From an uncultured Desulfurococcales archaeon (lineage in GTDB: Archaea; Thermoproteota; Thermoprotei_A; CAZTBM01; SZUA-1508): a stretch of 64,000 nucleotides of DNA. Positions 46,769-58,500 of this stretch are shown in pieces (positions within the stretch are counted from its first letter, which is position 1; every line of letters starts with the position of its first letter). The translations under genes and the position numbers were made by a program. The notes below the pieces were generated by a model, which saw nothing but the letters and a program-made list of their open reading frames with translations, did no database searches and was not told the origin of the DNA. Location: positions 12,403 to 76,402 of the forward strand of contig CAZTBM010000005.1 of assembly GCA_964611985.1 (NCBI GenBank), read 5' to 3'.

Positions 46769-47651
46769 TCTTTCCCCTCACATAATCAAGCGCACGAGCT
46801 ACATCGACTCTTATATTATATCTTCTATAGAAGTATTTAACGATATATTCTACATCACGCTTGAGTAATGATTCCGCGCTAGGATGCGTTCTCTCAACGT
46901 ATTGGGGCCAATCTATTATTAATGGCTCTTCTTTTTCATCAATTATTTTTACTAGGATATTATACTCACTAAGATCCCCATGAACTATTTCCGCCTTTAA
47001 ATATGTCTTCCTTATATCGTCTAGTATAGTGTAAAGGAGGCCTTCTGGATCCCTAGTGTTCTTATATTTAACTAAAAGTATGCCTTCAATAAACTCTGTT
47101 ACAACAATGTGTCTATCTCTAGCTATAGGTTTAGGTACATGGACTTTAGCTTCGTAAGTTAAGTTCAGTGCTGTATATTCTCTTTCAGCAGCAATCTTAG
47201 ACTCTATAAGCCATGAAACATTTGGTTTATCAACAGTATACGTTCTCCATCGCCTAGTGTGTCTGAAGCTTATTCTACCTACCTTATGGAGTTTTATTGT
47301 TATTCTCAGCCCTGTCGGCGTAAGGGCTTCATAAACGTCAGATTCCTTTCCTACGCCAAGTTTAGGACCTAATGCTGATACTATATTCCTTCTAATTAAG
47401 CTTTTTAAAGCTAAACAATCATAACCTAATGGTGTAAGCATGTATCCTACATAGTCTCCTATTCTTCTTTTAATTAGTTTTAACCTATTTATTTTCATTA
47501 TGGAGTAAGATAGTTCGTTTGGTCTAAGCCTGCTATGTTTCTCAATAAATTCTAGAGGCACATACTCATACGTAGGCATACCTCTTTCAATAGCTTTTAA
47601 TACCCTAACGTCGTTATCTGTTAACTGTTTTACTATGTACGCTAGTTTCAT
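46755..47651 (-). CDS. rio2: RIO2-type serine/threonine protein kinase (N-terminal wHTH + RIO domain)
   Basis: LGPKLGVGKESDVYEA, IKLHKVGRISFR, IVHGDLSEYNILV and IIDWPQ. Confidence 0.85.
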   Translation of the reverse strand: MKLAYIVKQLTDNDVRVLKAIERGMPTYEYVPLEFIEKHSRLRPNELSYSIMKINRLKLIKRRIGDYVGYMLTPLGYDCLALKSLIRRNIVSALGPKLGVGKESDVYEALTPTGLRITIKLHKVGRISFRHTRRWRTYTVDKPNVSWLIESKIAAEREYTALNLTYEAKVHVPKPIARDRHIVVTEFIEGILLVKYKNTRDPEGLLYTILDDIRKTYLKAEIVHGDLSEYNILVKIIDEKEEPLIIDWPQYVERTHPSAESLLKRDVEYIVKYFYRRYNIRVDVARALDYVRGKIEKI

Positions 47652-47799
47652 AATTTAACTCAGCTCTCATGTTTTAGGTAAAAAGCATAGTATATAAGAA
47701 TTAGTATTTTTTATTTTGGTTCTCTAATTTTAATTTTATGTAAAAGTTAATATATTCCATTACATACTAAAATAGTTAGATTACGTATGGTGTCATATC

Positions 47800-48159
47800 A
47801 TGAGTCTACTAACTAAATTTAAAGAGAGATTAAGAGAAGAATTCAAGATCCCTGAAGCTCCGGGTATATACGTTTTTGAGGATACCCTCATAGCCAAAGG
47901 TGAAGAATATGTTAGGAGAGTGGCGTCAGCACTATCCTCTCAAACTAGACTTAAAATACTTAAGCATTTAAGATCTAAAGAGATAGATGTTGGCAAGATA
48001 GCTGAGTTAATAGATCAAAGTAAAGCTAATGCAAGTGCTCAAATAAGAATACTTGAGCAGGCTAAGCTAATAACAACAACATATAAGCCTGGATTAAGAG
48101 GGGTTAAGAAGCTATGTAAATCAAGTATTAAGTGTATAGTATTATTACTTGAAGACTAA
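47800..48159 (+). CDS. ArsR-family wHTH transcriptional regulator
   Basis: ALSSQTRLKILKHLRSKEIDVGKIAELIDQSKANASAQIRILEQAKLI. Confidence 0.6.
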   Translation: MSLLTKFKERLREEFKIPEAPGIYVFEDTLIAKGEEYVRRVASALSSQTRLKILKHLRSKEIDVGKIAELIDQSKANASAQIRILEQAKLITTTYKPGLRGVKKLCKSSIKCIVLLLED

Positions 48160-48178
48160 ACTGACAGCTGACAGCTTA

Positions 48179-49792
48179 CTATCTTAACCTCTCACTCGCT
48201 GCCTTCATAAATCCAAGGTATGGTGGCGACGGCTTCATAGGCCTAGATTTAAACTCCGGATGTGCTTGAGTTGCAAGATAGAACGGATGTTCGCAAGTGT
48301 TCAACTCTATGAACTCTACTCTACCTCCAACCTTACTAATACCCGAAATAATAAGACCATGCTCTTCAAGCATACTTATATATTGTGGGTTTACTTCATA
48401 CCTATGTCTGTGCCTTTCGTAGATTATTTTACTATTATAAAGCTTATACGCCATAGTGCCTTTCCTAAGTACTATTGCATAAGCACCTAGCCTCATAGTA
48501 CCTCCAAACTTTGTCACATGCTTTTGTTCTTCAAGAAGTGCTATGACCGGATGAGGAGTATGTGGATCTACTTCTGTTGTATGAGCACCTTTAAGACCAA
48601 GAACATTACGGGCATATTCTACTACAGCTAGTTGCATACCAAAGCATATACCAAGCATGGGTATTTTGTTTTCTCTTAGATACTGTATTGCCTTAATTTT
48701 GCCTTCGACACCACGTATGCCGAAACCTGGCAGTATCAGAGCACCATTAACATTAGATAGTACGTTTTCAACTTTAATTTTACCCTCTTCTATATATGTA
48801 GCCTCAACCCACTCAAAGTCTACTCTTACGTTTAATTCTGTTGCAGCATGTCTGAGTGCCTCAATTATGCTAATGTAGCTGTCTTTGAGTTTAGTATATT
48901 TTCCTACCATAGCTATTTTTACCTTTCTAGTGGAGGTCTTTACTCTTCTAACAAATTCAGCCCATTCACTGAGGTCGGGCTGTCTCTCCTGAAGTTTTAA
49001 TCTATGAATAATGTATTTTCCAAAACCCTGTTTTTCTAATATTAATGGCACTTCATATATGGTTTCAACATTGTAAGAGGTAAATACGGCATCTTCTGGT
49101 ACATTACCATAAAGTGCTATTTTATACTTAGCTTCAGGCTCAAGTGGGGTTCTACACCTAGCAACTATAGCGTCTGGCTGTATACCTATCCTACGAAGCT
49201 CTTGAACACTATGTTGTACAGGTTTAGTTTTTTGTTCGCCAGTAACTTCAAGTATGGGGACTAATGCTACATGAATAAACATTGTATTGTCGAATCCTTC
49301 TTCTATCCTCATTTGCCTTACTGCTTCAAGAAAAGGTAATCCCTCAATATCACCTACTGTTCCACCTATCTCAACAAGCGTTACATCTGCTTGGGATAGC
49401 TCAGCTACTTCTCTTATTCTTCTCTTTATCTCATCAGTTATATGGGGTATTATTTGAACACATTTCCCTAAATATTCTCCTCTTCTCTCTTTTTCAATAA
49501 CACTTTGGTATATTTGACCGGTTGTTATATTATGCTTTTTAGTCAATGTTATATCTAAAAATCTCTCATAATGACCTAAATCTAGGTCTGTTTCTCCACC
49601 ATCCTCTGTTACAAATACCTCTCCATGCATGTAAGGGTTCATAGTCCCAGCATCAACATTTAGATAAGGATCTATCTTAATTGCTGTCACATTGTATCCC
49701 CTAGCCTGAAGGAGCTTTGCTGCTGATGCTGTAACTATACCTTTACCTACACTAGAAAGCACTCCACCAGTAATGAAAATGAACTTCTTCAC
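48179..49792 (-). CDS. pyrG: CTP synthase
   Basis: [28 protein letters not shown], and a GATase domain with GICFGMQ and HRHRYEVN. Confidence 0.95.
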   Translation of the reverse strand: MKKFIFITGGVLSSVGKGIVTASAAKLLQARGYNVTAIKIDPYLNVDAGTMNPYMHGEVFVTEDGGETDLDLGHYERFLDITLTKKHNITTGQIYQSVIEKERRGEYLGKCVQIIPHITDEIKRRIREVAELSQADVTLVEIGGTVGDIEGLPFLEAVRQMRIEEGFDNTMFIHVALVPILEVTGEQKTKPVQHSVQELRRIGIQPDAIVARCRTPLEPEAKYKIALYGNVPEDAVFTSYNVETIYEVPLILEKQGFGKYIIHRLKLQERQPDLSEWAEFVRRVKTSTRKVKIAMVGKYTKLKDSYISIIEALRHAATELNVRVDFEWVEATYIEEGKIKVENVLSNVNGALILPGFGIRGVEGKIKAIQYLRENKIPMLGICFGMQLAVVEYARNVLGLKGAHTTEVDPHTPHPVIALLEEQKHVTKFGGTMRLGAYAIVLRKGTMAYKLYNSKIIYERHRHRYEVNPQYISMLEEHGLIISGISKVGGRVEFIELNTCEHPFYLATQAHPEFKSRPMKPSPPYLGFMKAASERLR

Positions 49793-49881
49793 TAATTACC
49801 ACCCACACTAGTAGTCTTCAATAATACACTACTTAAAATTTTTAAGACCTAAAGAGTGTTGAGTAAGATGGAGAACGCCTT

Positions 49882-50574
49882 ATGACACGTGCAAGAATAC
49901 TTAAAAGGAGAAGGTATCTCCAAGTAGCACTAGATATACCTACTCTTGATGACGCATTGAGAATAGCTAAGGAAGCCTTTGATGGTGGAGCAGACATTAT
50001 AGAAGCTGGAACGCCATTGATAAAAAATGAGGGATTACGCGCAGTCAAAGTTTTAAGAAAGAGGTTTCCTGAAGCATTAATATTAGCTGACATGAAGACT
50101 ATGGACACGGGTTTCTTAGAAGTGGAACTGGCAGCTAAAGCAGGTGCCGATATAGTGACTGTGCTCGGAGTTGCAGATGACCAAACAATAATTGAAGCCG
50201 TGAATGCAGGTAGGAAATTTAATGTTTTTGTAGAAGTTGACTTAATATCCCATCCTAGCCCTGTCAAAAGGGCTATTGAGGTTAAGAAGCTAGGTGCAGA
50301 CATAGTATGTTTACATGTAGGAATAGATGTTCAAAGAAAGCTCAAAATGACTATCAAAGATATGTGTGGATTGGTAGCATTAGTAAAGAGAGAGATAGGT
50401 GAGTACTTAGCAGTGGCAGGAGGAATAAATGAGAACACGGCAAGAGATCTCACGCTTGCAGGTGCCGATATTATAGTTGTGGGCTCGGCTATAACGAAAT
50501 CAGGAAATCCGAGAAGCACTACTGCCAAAATTAAAGATAGTATCTTGAAGGCTCTAGAAGAGAGGTCAATGTAG
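49882..50574 (+). CDS. hps: 3-hexulose-6-phosphate synthase (OMP decarboxylase superfamily)
   Basis: LQVALDIPTLDDAL, IIEAGTPLIKNEG, LADMKTMDTG and GADIVTVLG. Confidence 0.8.
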   Translation: MTRARILKRRRYLQVALDIPTLDDALRIAKEAFDGGADIIEAGTPLIKNEGLRAVKVLRKRFPEALILADMKTMDTGFLEVELAAKAGADIVTVLGVADDQTIIEAVNAGRKFNVFVEVDLISHPSPVKRAIEVKKLGADIVCLHVGIDVQRKLKMTIKDMCGLVALVKREIGEYLAVAGGINENTARDLTLAGADIIVVGSAITKSGNPRSTTAKIKDSILKALEERSM

Positions 50575-50718
50575 CAATAGCTGCACTTAATACTACATGC
50601 TATACAAGCATATATAAGCTAGTATATATGAAACGATATGAGTATAATTGAGTAGATTCCTTTTTAAACCAAACGTTAATCTAAGAGTAAGTATAGCTGT
50701 GTAGAGTCAGAGTATTCA

Positions 50719-51303
50719 ATGACTACTTATCGTGTTACAAAGCTTATAAGGGTTGAGAGAATGGTTCTATTGACGATACTGCATATTATAGTATACGCTA
50801 TAGTAGGGTTGATACCAGTATTGTACAATTATTACTTTATAAAAGATAAAGTTAGAAAGCTTAGAAAGTTTTACCTAGATAAACTAAGAAAACATCAAGA
50901 ACAAGCTTGTAAGATACTCACTGAAGGCAGCGGAAGAGTAAATGAGGGTTCCACTTCACCACGTCAACATAGTGGAGGAACGTTTAAAACCGCAATTATC
51001 TCTCCTACTTATATTTACCGACAATCATCACAGATAGATAATAATGTTAAAGATAGTAAATCTATACAACCATATACCATAACATTAACAAGTCATGTAG
51101 CTTCTCCTCTTGGAACTACCGAGAAGGTAAACAATGCTTCAAGTCACTCTCCTCAGCAATATGTTGTTGTAATAATTATGGATAAGAATATGATAATGAA
51201 CACTCCGGTTATATCTAGTATAATATCGAATATACCTCAGGTACTGTTGCAGATGAATAAAGGACAACTAGGGTTTGTAGGATCCCATGAAAACAAGGCA
51301 TAA
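50719..51303 (+). CDS. hypothetical protein (one TM, low-complexity Ser/Thr/Gln region)
   Basis: ORF only, with weak coding signal. Confidence 0.3.
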   Translation: MTTYRVTKLIRVERMVLLTILHIIVYAIVGLIPVLYNYYFIKDKVRKLRKFYLDKLRKHQEQACKILTEGSGRVNEGSTSPRQHSGGTFKTAIISPTYIYRQSSQIDNNVKDSKSIQPYTITLTSHVASPLGTTEKVNNASSHSPQQYVVVIIMDKNMIMNTPVISSIISNIPQVLLQMNKGQLGFVGSHENKA

Positions 51304-52519
51304 CTTTATAAAATATATTGGACCAGGTTTTATATCAGCTGTAGCTGGGTTAGAAATAACAAATATTGGGAGCTTTTCTTACGTTGGATCTGTTTATGGC
51401 TTCAACATATTATGGGCTATAGTGTTTGCTGTAGTGGTTACGGCATTCTTTCAACAACTAGCAGTTGAAGCTGGCATATATAAGGGCCGAGGCATAATCA
51501 TTGAAGCCAAGGAAACTTTAGGCAGATCATTCACTATATTCATGCTCCTAACACTATATATTTCTAACATACTAACGGCGGTTTTGAACATTGCTGGTGC
51601 AGGTATGGCCATAGAGGCCTATACGGGTATGCCATGGTATATTATCAGTCTAGCCTTTATAACACTAATATACGGTTTTATAGCCAAGCGAAATCATAAA
51701 AGAGTAGAAAGAATATTGACTGTTCTAAGTATAGCTTTAGTGGTTTACATGCTATTAGCCCTAGAATACATAATTCGTAAGCCAGCAACGATATTAAATA
51801 TATTTGAGGGCGTGTTTATTCCTCATTTTGAATTAAATAAGGAGTACATATTAAACTTCCTCATGATACTTGGTGCAGCTGCTGCTCCCTATTCAATAAT
51901 ATTTAATGTTTCCTCAGTACTAGATAAGTCAGTCTATGAGATGCCGGAGGAGATAAGAGACATTCTTATTGGTCTTATATTTACTAGTCTAGCCAGTATA
52001 TCAATTGCATTAGTCTCTGTCTATCCAGCTTTAAAGGCTGAAACAATTCATGAAATAGTGTTAAGTCTTGTACGTGTTAAACCTCTTCATGCAATACTTT
52101 TCATTATTGGCTCTATTTCTTCAGCCCTTCTTTCAACGTTAGCAATAATATTATGTAACATTTATGTATTATACGAGTATAAAGGTCATCGTATCATATG
52201 GGAGGATGTTATATATGCTAAGAGATACAAGTCTCATGTAACAATATCAATTATAATTATAGTCTGTATAATGTTAGGTTTAGGTTTACTGTATAATTTG
52301 TCCTTAAATGTATACATGGTAATGTTGCGTTTAGCATCTTTGTCAACTAGCTTTGCCTCTTGGATCCCTTGTGTAATAGTTGTAGTTGCTTACTGGAGCA
52401 TAAGGGAATTAAGATCATCATTTATAAGGGTTATTTCTGCTATTCTTGCAGGGTTCTTGGCTATAGCTAATATTATTGGGTTTATGAGTGTAATAGGATT
52501 AAGTTTATTTCAACATTAG
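51287..52519 (+). CDS. Nramp/MntH-like divalent metal transporter
   Basis: GPGFISAVAGLEITNIGSFSYVGSVYGFNILWAIVF resembles the Nramp TM1 region. About 11 TM helices. Confidence 0.6.
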   Translation: MKTRHNFIKYIGPGFISAVAGLEITNIGSFSYVGSVYGFNILWAIVFAVVVTAFFQQLAVEAGIYKGRGIIIEAKETLGRSFTIFMLLTLYISNILTAVLNIAGAGMAIEAYTGMPWYIISLAFITLIYGFIAKRNHKRVERILTVLSIALVVYMLLALEYIIRKPATILNIFEGVFIPHFELNKEYILNFLMILGAAAAPYSIIFNVSSVLDKSVYEMPEEIRDILIGLIFTSLASISIALVSVYPALKAETIHEIVLSLVRVKPLHAILFIIGSISSALLSTLAIILCNIYVLYEYKGHRIIWEDVIYAKRYKSHVTISIIIIVCIMLGLGLLYNLSLNVYMVMLRLASLSTSFASWIPCVIVVVAYWSIRELRSSFIRVISAILAGFLAIANIIGFMSVIGLSLFQH

Positions 52520-53956
52520 CTCTTCATACTTTCTGACATACTCTACTGAATGCTTTAGATCAATGAATAAACTTCGAGCCTCTTTTACATCATCAACGTC
52601 GACTTCATCTTTACCCTTACTTTTTGCTATTTGTCTAGCAGGTTCCATGAGTTGTACAGCATATCTAAGGCTTGTTTCTGTACCTATCTTTGTTAATTCT
52701 TCTAAGGCTTCCTCTGTTAATTTGACGGCCTCGGCCTCTGCCCTAATTTTAAGTATCTCCTTAATCTCATCAGCTGTGTATGGTCTAGTAGGTATAATTA
52801 GCAGTCTATCGAGAAGATCCAATGGTACACCGTGTGGTGATTCTATGTCAGTCCCTCTGATTTTCGTTACACCTCTATTTGTTGCTAGTATAATTATTGG
52901 TGCAAGCTCACTTTCCATTGCTTTACTAAGGAAAGCAAAGGCCTCAATATCTAACATATGAACATCATCTATGAATAGTACACCTGGTATTATCTCTGCC
53001 TTGCCTTCATCAACTAATTTCTTGACTTCTCTATCAACTCTTTCTCTAACTTCACTTGATATTTCCTTCTCCATGGGTGCTCCAAATAGTAATGATATTA
53101 ATCCTCCCTGTCTAGCTAATGATACGTCAAGATGATGAAGCGAAACTACATGGATGAATTCTTTTTCTTTAAGGATAGGACCAGAGGGCATAGATACATA
53201 TATTTCAGTCTCAATATCATAATATTTTGCTTTACTTATCCCCTTAACTTTACCTACACGTGTAACTCTCCCTGTTTCACTATCAATCCAGATGACATCA
53301 CCTACTTTTACACCCTTTGATAGAAGTTCCATAGTTATGTCTGAGTCAACTGTAAAGGTTTTCTCTTCATCTCTAGTAGCTAACGTTATACGGGCACTAC
53401 TAGGTACTCTAGTATATGGGTTATATGGGTGCCTAGTGAACCTTACTTTTAAGTCTCTAACAACACCTTCGTATACTTTCCTTACTTCTTTGAGTTTAAC
53501 ACCAATAGCCCTTCTCATGGCTTGCATTAGAACTTCTGTTTTCTTCATTTCGGCAGAGAATATTTCAGAAGCAGACAGCATTACGAAAGGCGTATCTTCG
53601 CCAAGCTCTCTAGCAATAGCTATTGCTAGAGCTGTCTTACCTGTACCAGGTGGGCCTACTAGTAGTATGCCTCTACCAGCCATTTTACCTTCTTTAATCA
53701 TTTTAACTATAATACCAGCTGCCTCTCTAGCCTCGATCTGGCCCACCATGCCATCAGCAATAAACTTGGCTTTACCGTGCTCATCTAAGCCTAAACCAGT
53801 AATATGGCTATGGGCGCTAACCCTCTCGAATCTCCCACCTTTAACCTCCACTATTTCAGGCGTACATATCACCCCCTTGGCATAGGGAGTGACAGCTCTA
53901 TCATGATAGATGGGGTGTCGTAATTTAAGCTTAACCTTTAAGCTGTAATATAACAC
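52505..53956 (-). CDS. TIP49 / RuvB-like (RuvBL1/2 homologue) AAA+ ATPase
   Basis: SHSHITGLGLDE, GILLVGPPGTGKTALAIAIARELGEDTPF, a domain-II-like insertion, Walker B VLFIDDVHMLD, and ILATNRG. Confidence 0.85.
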   Translation of the reverse strand: MLYYSLKVKLKLRHPIYHDRAVTPYAKGVICTPEIVEVKGGRFERVSAHSHITGLGLDEHGKAKFIADGMVGQIEAREAAGIIVKMIKEGKMAGRGILLVGPPGTGKTALAIAIARELGEDTPFVMLSASEIFSAEMKKTEVLMQAMRRAIGVKLKEVRKVYEGVVRDLKVRFTRHPYNPYTRVPSSARITLATRDEEKTFTVDSDITMELLSKGVKVGDVIWIDSETGRVTRVGKVKGISKAKYYDIETEIYVSMPSGPILKEKEFIHVVSLHHLDVSLARQGGLISLLFGAPMEKEISSEVRERVDREVKKLVDEGKAEIIPGVLFIDDVHMLDIEAFAFLSKAMESELAPIIILATNRGVTKIRGTDIESPHGVPLDLLDRLLIIPTRPYTADEIKEILKIRAEAEAVKLTEEALEELTKIGTETSLRYAVQLMEPARQIAKSKGKDEVDVDDVKEARSLFIDLKHSVEYVRKYEELMLK

Positions 53957-53987
53957 TAAGGAAAAGGTGAAATAATATTTAAAAATA

Positions 53988-54545
53988 CTATAAACCTAGT
54001 TCTTCATGAACTTCCTGCAGAGCTTTAAGCGATATTTCTAAAAATCTTTCTAACGGTAAACCTATTCTCTCACATAATCTTATCTTGTCTCTGCGTACAC
54101 TTCTTGCAAAATCTTTTTGTTTAAACTTCTTCAATAGTGAACTAAGCTTAACTTCACTAAGCCTCTTATTTGGCATGACTAAAGCTGTTGCAACAATTAA
54201 TCCTGAAGCTTGATCCGCAGCCTTTAAGGCTAAGGCCAGTTTTGTATCACTTACAAATCCTGTTAACTCATTATGTGCTCTTATAGCCTCTAAGGCCTCT
54301 TTAGGTAGTTTATTCCTCAGTATGTTTTCAGTGCTTATTACACCATGCTTTTCCATGTCTCCTTTAGCAAGCTCGTAATCTATGTCGTGTAGTAAACCTG
54401 TTAAAGCCCATAGCTCTTCGTCTTCTCCAAGAGCTTTTGCTAAATTTCTCATAATAGCCTCCACAGCTATACAATGTTTAATGAGCTTCTCATTCTTTAA
54501 ATACTGCTTTAAAAGTATAAGAGCTTGACTCCGTGACATAGACAT
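53988..54545 (-). CDS. HD-domain (HDIG-type) phosphohydrolase
   Basis: KHCIAVEA and LLHDIDY motifs. Confidence 0.75.
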   Translation of the reverse strand: MSMSRSQALILLKQYLKNEKLIKHCIAVEAIMRNLAKALGEDEELWALTGLLHDIDYELAKGDMEKHGVISTENILRNKLPKEALEAIRAHNELTGFVSDTKLALALKAADQASGLIVATALVMPNKRLSEVKLSSLLKKFKQKDFARSVRRDKIRLCERIGLPLERFLEISLKALQEVHEELGL

Positions 54546-54686
54546 TGAAGAGACACCAGACCTTATAGTTTTAATGCCTATTTATAACACTAACTATACT
54601 TAAATGTTGTCAGTATGCCTTCAATTCTGAATGTTCATGAAAAGTATATAAGGAATAAGATTATAATGATTACCTGGAAATAGCAT

Positions 54687-55115
54687 ATGAAGCTCCAGGG
54701 AAAACTAGGACTTTCAGAGATTATTTCGGCCTTACTCTTAACCATGATTGCTTTAAGCATTTTCAGTATACTATACATATTCCTGAGTAGCTATTTCACT
54801 GAAAGAAAAAGCATCCTTCACTCAATATATAGCTCTAATATTGAACGCTTATTGGAAAGGGTTACAATAGCTTACGCTTTCTATAATGATAGTGGACTAT
54901 ACTTGTGTATTTACAATTATGGCTACGTTGACGCAAAAATTGTCTTACTCTTCATAAATGATACACTAGTAGATAATAGTCTAATAACGCCTTTAGAGTT
55001 ACCAGTAGACGAATTAACCATAGTTCATGTGGATGTATCCCTGAATCAAGGAGTATATTACATCAAAATTGTAAGTGAAAGAGGCAATAGTTATGAAACA
55101 TTTGTTAAGGTATAG
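54687..55115 (+). CDS. archaeal type IV pilin-like / FlaF-FlaG-like protein
   Basis: Class III signal-like N-terminus KLQGKLGLSEIISALLLTMIALSIF followed by a beta-rich ~100-aa domain. Confidence 0.55.
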   Translation: MKLQGKLGLSEIISALLLTMIALSIFSILYIFLSSYFTERKSILHSIYSSNIERLLERVTIAYAFYNDSGLYLCIYNYGYVDAKIVLLFINDTLVDNSLITPLELPVDELTIVHVDVSLNQGVYYIKIVSERGNSYETFVKV

Positions 55116-55554
55116 AGGTTATAAAAGAAAAGCACAGGCAAACCTAATGGTAGTGTTGCTTATTATCCTAGCTACTTCCCTCTTCATATCCATGATATAT
55201 GTTGCATACGAACTCACTTCATGGTATGAATCCGAAAAACAAAAAACTAGCCAGCTTGAAGTCGAAAGATTAGAAGAGAACATAATTATTGAGAAAATCG
55301 GACAAGGCATAGGCTCAATACATTTAAACATAACTAATGTTGGCTCAGTACCAGTTCTAATAAGATACGCTATTGTAGTTTATGTTAAAGGCTCAGAATT
55401 AGTTATGGCCTATGACGAGTTAAATGTATACATCAATGTAGGTGAGGAGCTATACAATGTTAAAGTGGATATACCACCTCCGACAAACATAAAATATATT
55501 ATGTTAGTGACAAGTAGGGGGAGAGTATTCATCAAGGTTATTAAAACGGTCTAA
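55075..55554 (+). CDS. archaeal type IV pilin-like / FlaF-FlaG-like protein
   Basis: KRKAQANLMVVLLIILATSLFISMIYV, then a beta-sandwich-like region (IHLNITNVGSVPVLIRY). The probable start is MKHLLRY at 55093. Confidence 0.55.
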   Translation: MKEAIVMKHLLRYRGYKRKAQANLMVVLLIILATSLFISMIYVAYELTSWYESEKQKTSQLEVERLEENIIIEKIGQGIGSIHLNITNVGSVPVLIRYAIVVYVKGSELVMAYDELNVYINVGEELYNVKVDIPPPTNIKYIMLVTSRGRVFIKVIKTV

Positions 55555-55574
55555 ACGGTGATGAGGTCACTATC

Positions 55575-58500
55575 ATGATTGCATCTTTCAAGAAGAAGTC
55601 TGCATCAGAGAAGGTGATTCGCAAGGGTATAAAACTTATTTCGTTAGGAATTACTAGTAGGCTCCGCAAAGTTGTTGAGGAAGGGGAGAAGCTATCCTCA
55701 TATAACATTGGTATATCAAGAGTTGATATTTATGAATATGAAGGTCGAGGATACTACATTATAAATGAGCCTTCATTAACGCAAGAAGAGATCAGTGCTT
55801 ACTACAGGATCATGGATGAATTGTATTTCTCACTTAAACCAATAGTAGAAGTCGACCCCTCTAAGGTTATTGATGAAGTATTTAAAGTTATAGGTAAAGT
55901 CTACAAGAATATCGATATAAACAAAATAAAATACTATGTTATTAGAGATACTTTAGGTTATGGTCCATTAGACGTAGTAATGAACGATCCTAAAATAGAG
56001 GACATTAGTGGTGAAGGGGTTAATAGGCCTATAAGAGTTTTCCATAGAGACTTCTCATACTTAGACTGGTTAATAACAAATATAATATTTGAAACTGAAG
56101 AGGACGCAGATAGAATAGCTTTACTACTTGCACATAAAGCTAGAAGACACGTATCAACAGCATTCCCCATAGCTGAAGGAACGCTTCCAGAGAAACACAG
56201 AATAGTCATAACATATGGTTTTGAGGTAACACCATTTGGCTCAGGATTTACGGTTAGAAAGTTTAGAGAAGAACCGTTATCAATAGCTCATCTAATAAAG
56301 TTTGGAACCATATCACCCCTAATGGCAGCATACTGGTGGATAATATTTGAAAACAAAGGCTCAGCCTTCATAGTCGGTGAAATGGCGTCAGGGAAGTCCG
56401 TTCATCCAAAGAGCGTTATTATGGCTCTTATTGATGGAGTTCCTAGAATCTTAACTATAGAGGAATTATGGAATCTAGTACAGGAAAAAGTAAAAACGAT
56501 AAATAAAGTTAATGAGATGGAATACATTGATTTAGAAGGCCTTGATATCAAGGTACTAGCACTTAATGGTCTTAATATTAGCTGGTATAAACCACGGTAT
56601 ATAATAAGACATAAAGCACCAGAAAAACTAGTCAAGATAAAACTCTATAGTGGTAGAAAGATTATCGTTACCGAAGATCACTCCCTATTAGCATTTAAGC
56701 CTAATGGGTCAATAGAGGTTATAAAGCCACAGAATCTAAGTAAAGAAATGTACTTGTTAGGAATAAAGAGACTAAGACTACCTACAATAGATAAACATCT
56801 ACTATTACAAGAAATCATAGAGTCATTAGGAAAACAAGGACTAATGTTCAAAATCAAAGGCTTAAAAAAGAAAATAGCATATCGTGAAATTTTAAAGATA
56901 CTAAATAGTGATGCAGTTAAAATATCAGACATTTATGTGACAAGTATAAATACAAAAACCCAGGTTCCATTAGAAGCATTATTCAAGCCTGAATTTGGCT
57001 ATCTACTAGGCCTATTCGTATCTAAAGGGTATGATGATGGACAAGAAGTTCACTTATATATAGAATTCCAAAGTAAGGAATTAAAAAGTAAGTTAGAGAA
57101 TATAACTAATTCACTTAAGTTAAAATATAATGAATATAAGTTAAAGACTTGCCTTAGAGTAAGTTTTCCACCAGTTATCTCCAAGGTAATAAGAGCATTT
57201 AACTGTGGTAAAAAAGCCTGTAATAAACGGATACCAAGTATAGCTTGGATCATGGATTATAAGTGGATTATACACTTAATTGCAGGAATAATAGATGGGG
57301 ATGGTTATGTATCTGAAAGGGGAATAGAGGTAACAATCTCTAGTGAAAACTTAGCTTATGACATGATGTACGCATTTACAATACTAGGGATATATCCCAC
57401 TCTAAGGGTAAAAGTCAACAATGAGACTAAGAAAAAGTATCATACCATATATGTTTCAACATACTGGATTGACGAGCTTAAAGAACTTTTACATATACTA
57501 TTAACAACGAAAAGATCTAAATTACTAAAGGGAGTGAAAGAAAGAGCAATATTCCACTCTGAAATAGACATAATTCCCAAGGAAAGCCTTTACGTATTGT
57601 CGAAGAAGGCACCAAGAGAAATACAAATGTGTCTTCGTGGTTTATACTATTCAAATGAAAATGCTAGTAGAAAGAATTTAATGAAATACTACAATATATT
57701 ACCTAAAGAAATTAAAGAGCTTGTTAATTCAGACTTGATATTTGAGAAGATAAAAGAAATAGAGATTGTAGAAAACGATAACAAGTATGTTTATGACATT
57801 GAGGTTCCAGGAATAGAGAATTTTGAGGTAAATACAATATTTGTACATAACACAACTTTGATGAACGCTCTATTATCACTATTACCTCCTAATGCTAAGA
57901 TAGTTACAATAGAGGATACACCTGAGTTAAGACTACCACATATTGGTTGGAAGCCTCTTGTAGCAAGACATACGTATACTCTAACAGGTAGTAAGGTTAC
58001 TGAAGTATCACTTTTTGATCTAGTAAAGTTAGCTCTAAGAGAAAGAGCAACAGTCATAGCCATAGGAGAGATTAGAGGAGAAGAAGCATACGTATTCATC
58101 CAAGCCATAGCCAGCGGCCACGGGGGTGTTTGTTTAAAACACGGTGAACCCATAATCATAAAGGAGAATGGAATAGTAAGAATAGTACCTATAGGAAAAT
58201 TGGTAGATAATATATTAAGTAATGGAAAGAAAATAGGAGATATTAAAGTTTTAACTTTTAATCCAATGAAAGGTTTAGAATGGAAGCATTTAAAGAGAGT
58301 GTATAGAGTAGAGGGTTTGAAAACTTGGGTTAAAATAAAAACAGTAGAAGGTAGAATATGTGAAGTCACCAGTGATCATATAATACCAGTTGTTGAAAAT
58401 AATAAAGTAAAGTTTAAGAAAGCAATAGAAATACGCAAAGGAGATACTATACTCTTAGCATCTAAGTTGCCTATGGAACCTAAGTACAATACATTAAACG

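Noticed and set aside
49842-50303. 153-aa minus-strand ORF
   Set aside because: It overlaps the hexulose-phosphate synthase gene, which has clear family motifs, whereas this ORF is Ser/Ala-rich and featureless.
53292-53885. 197-aa plus-strand ORF
   Set aside because: It is antisense to the TIP49-like gene, which carries Walker A and B motifs.
57791-58369. 192-aa minus-strand ORF inside the ATPase gene
   Set aside because: It is antisense to the extein/intein 2 junction region of a gene with strong motif support.
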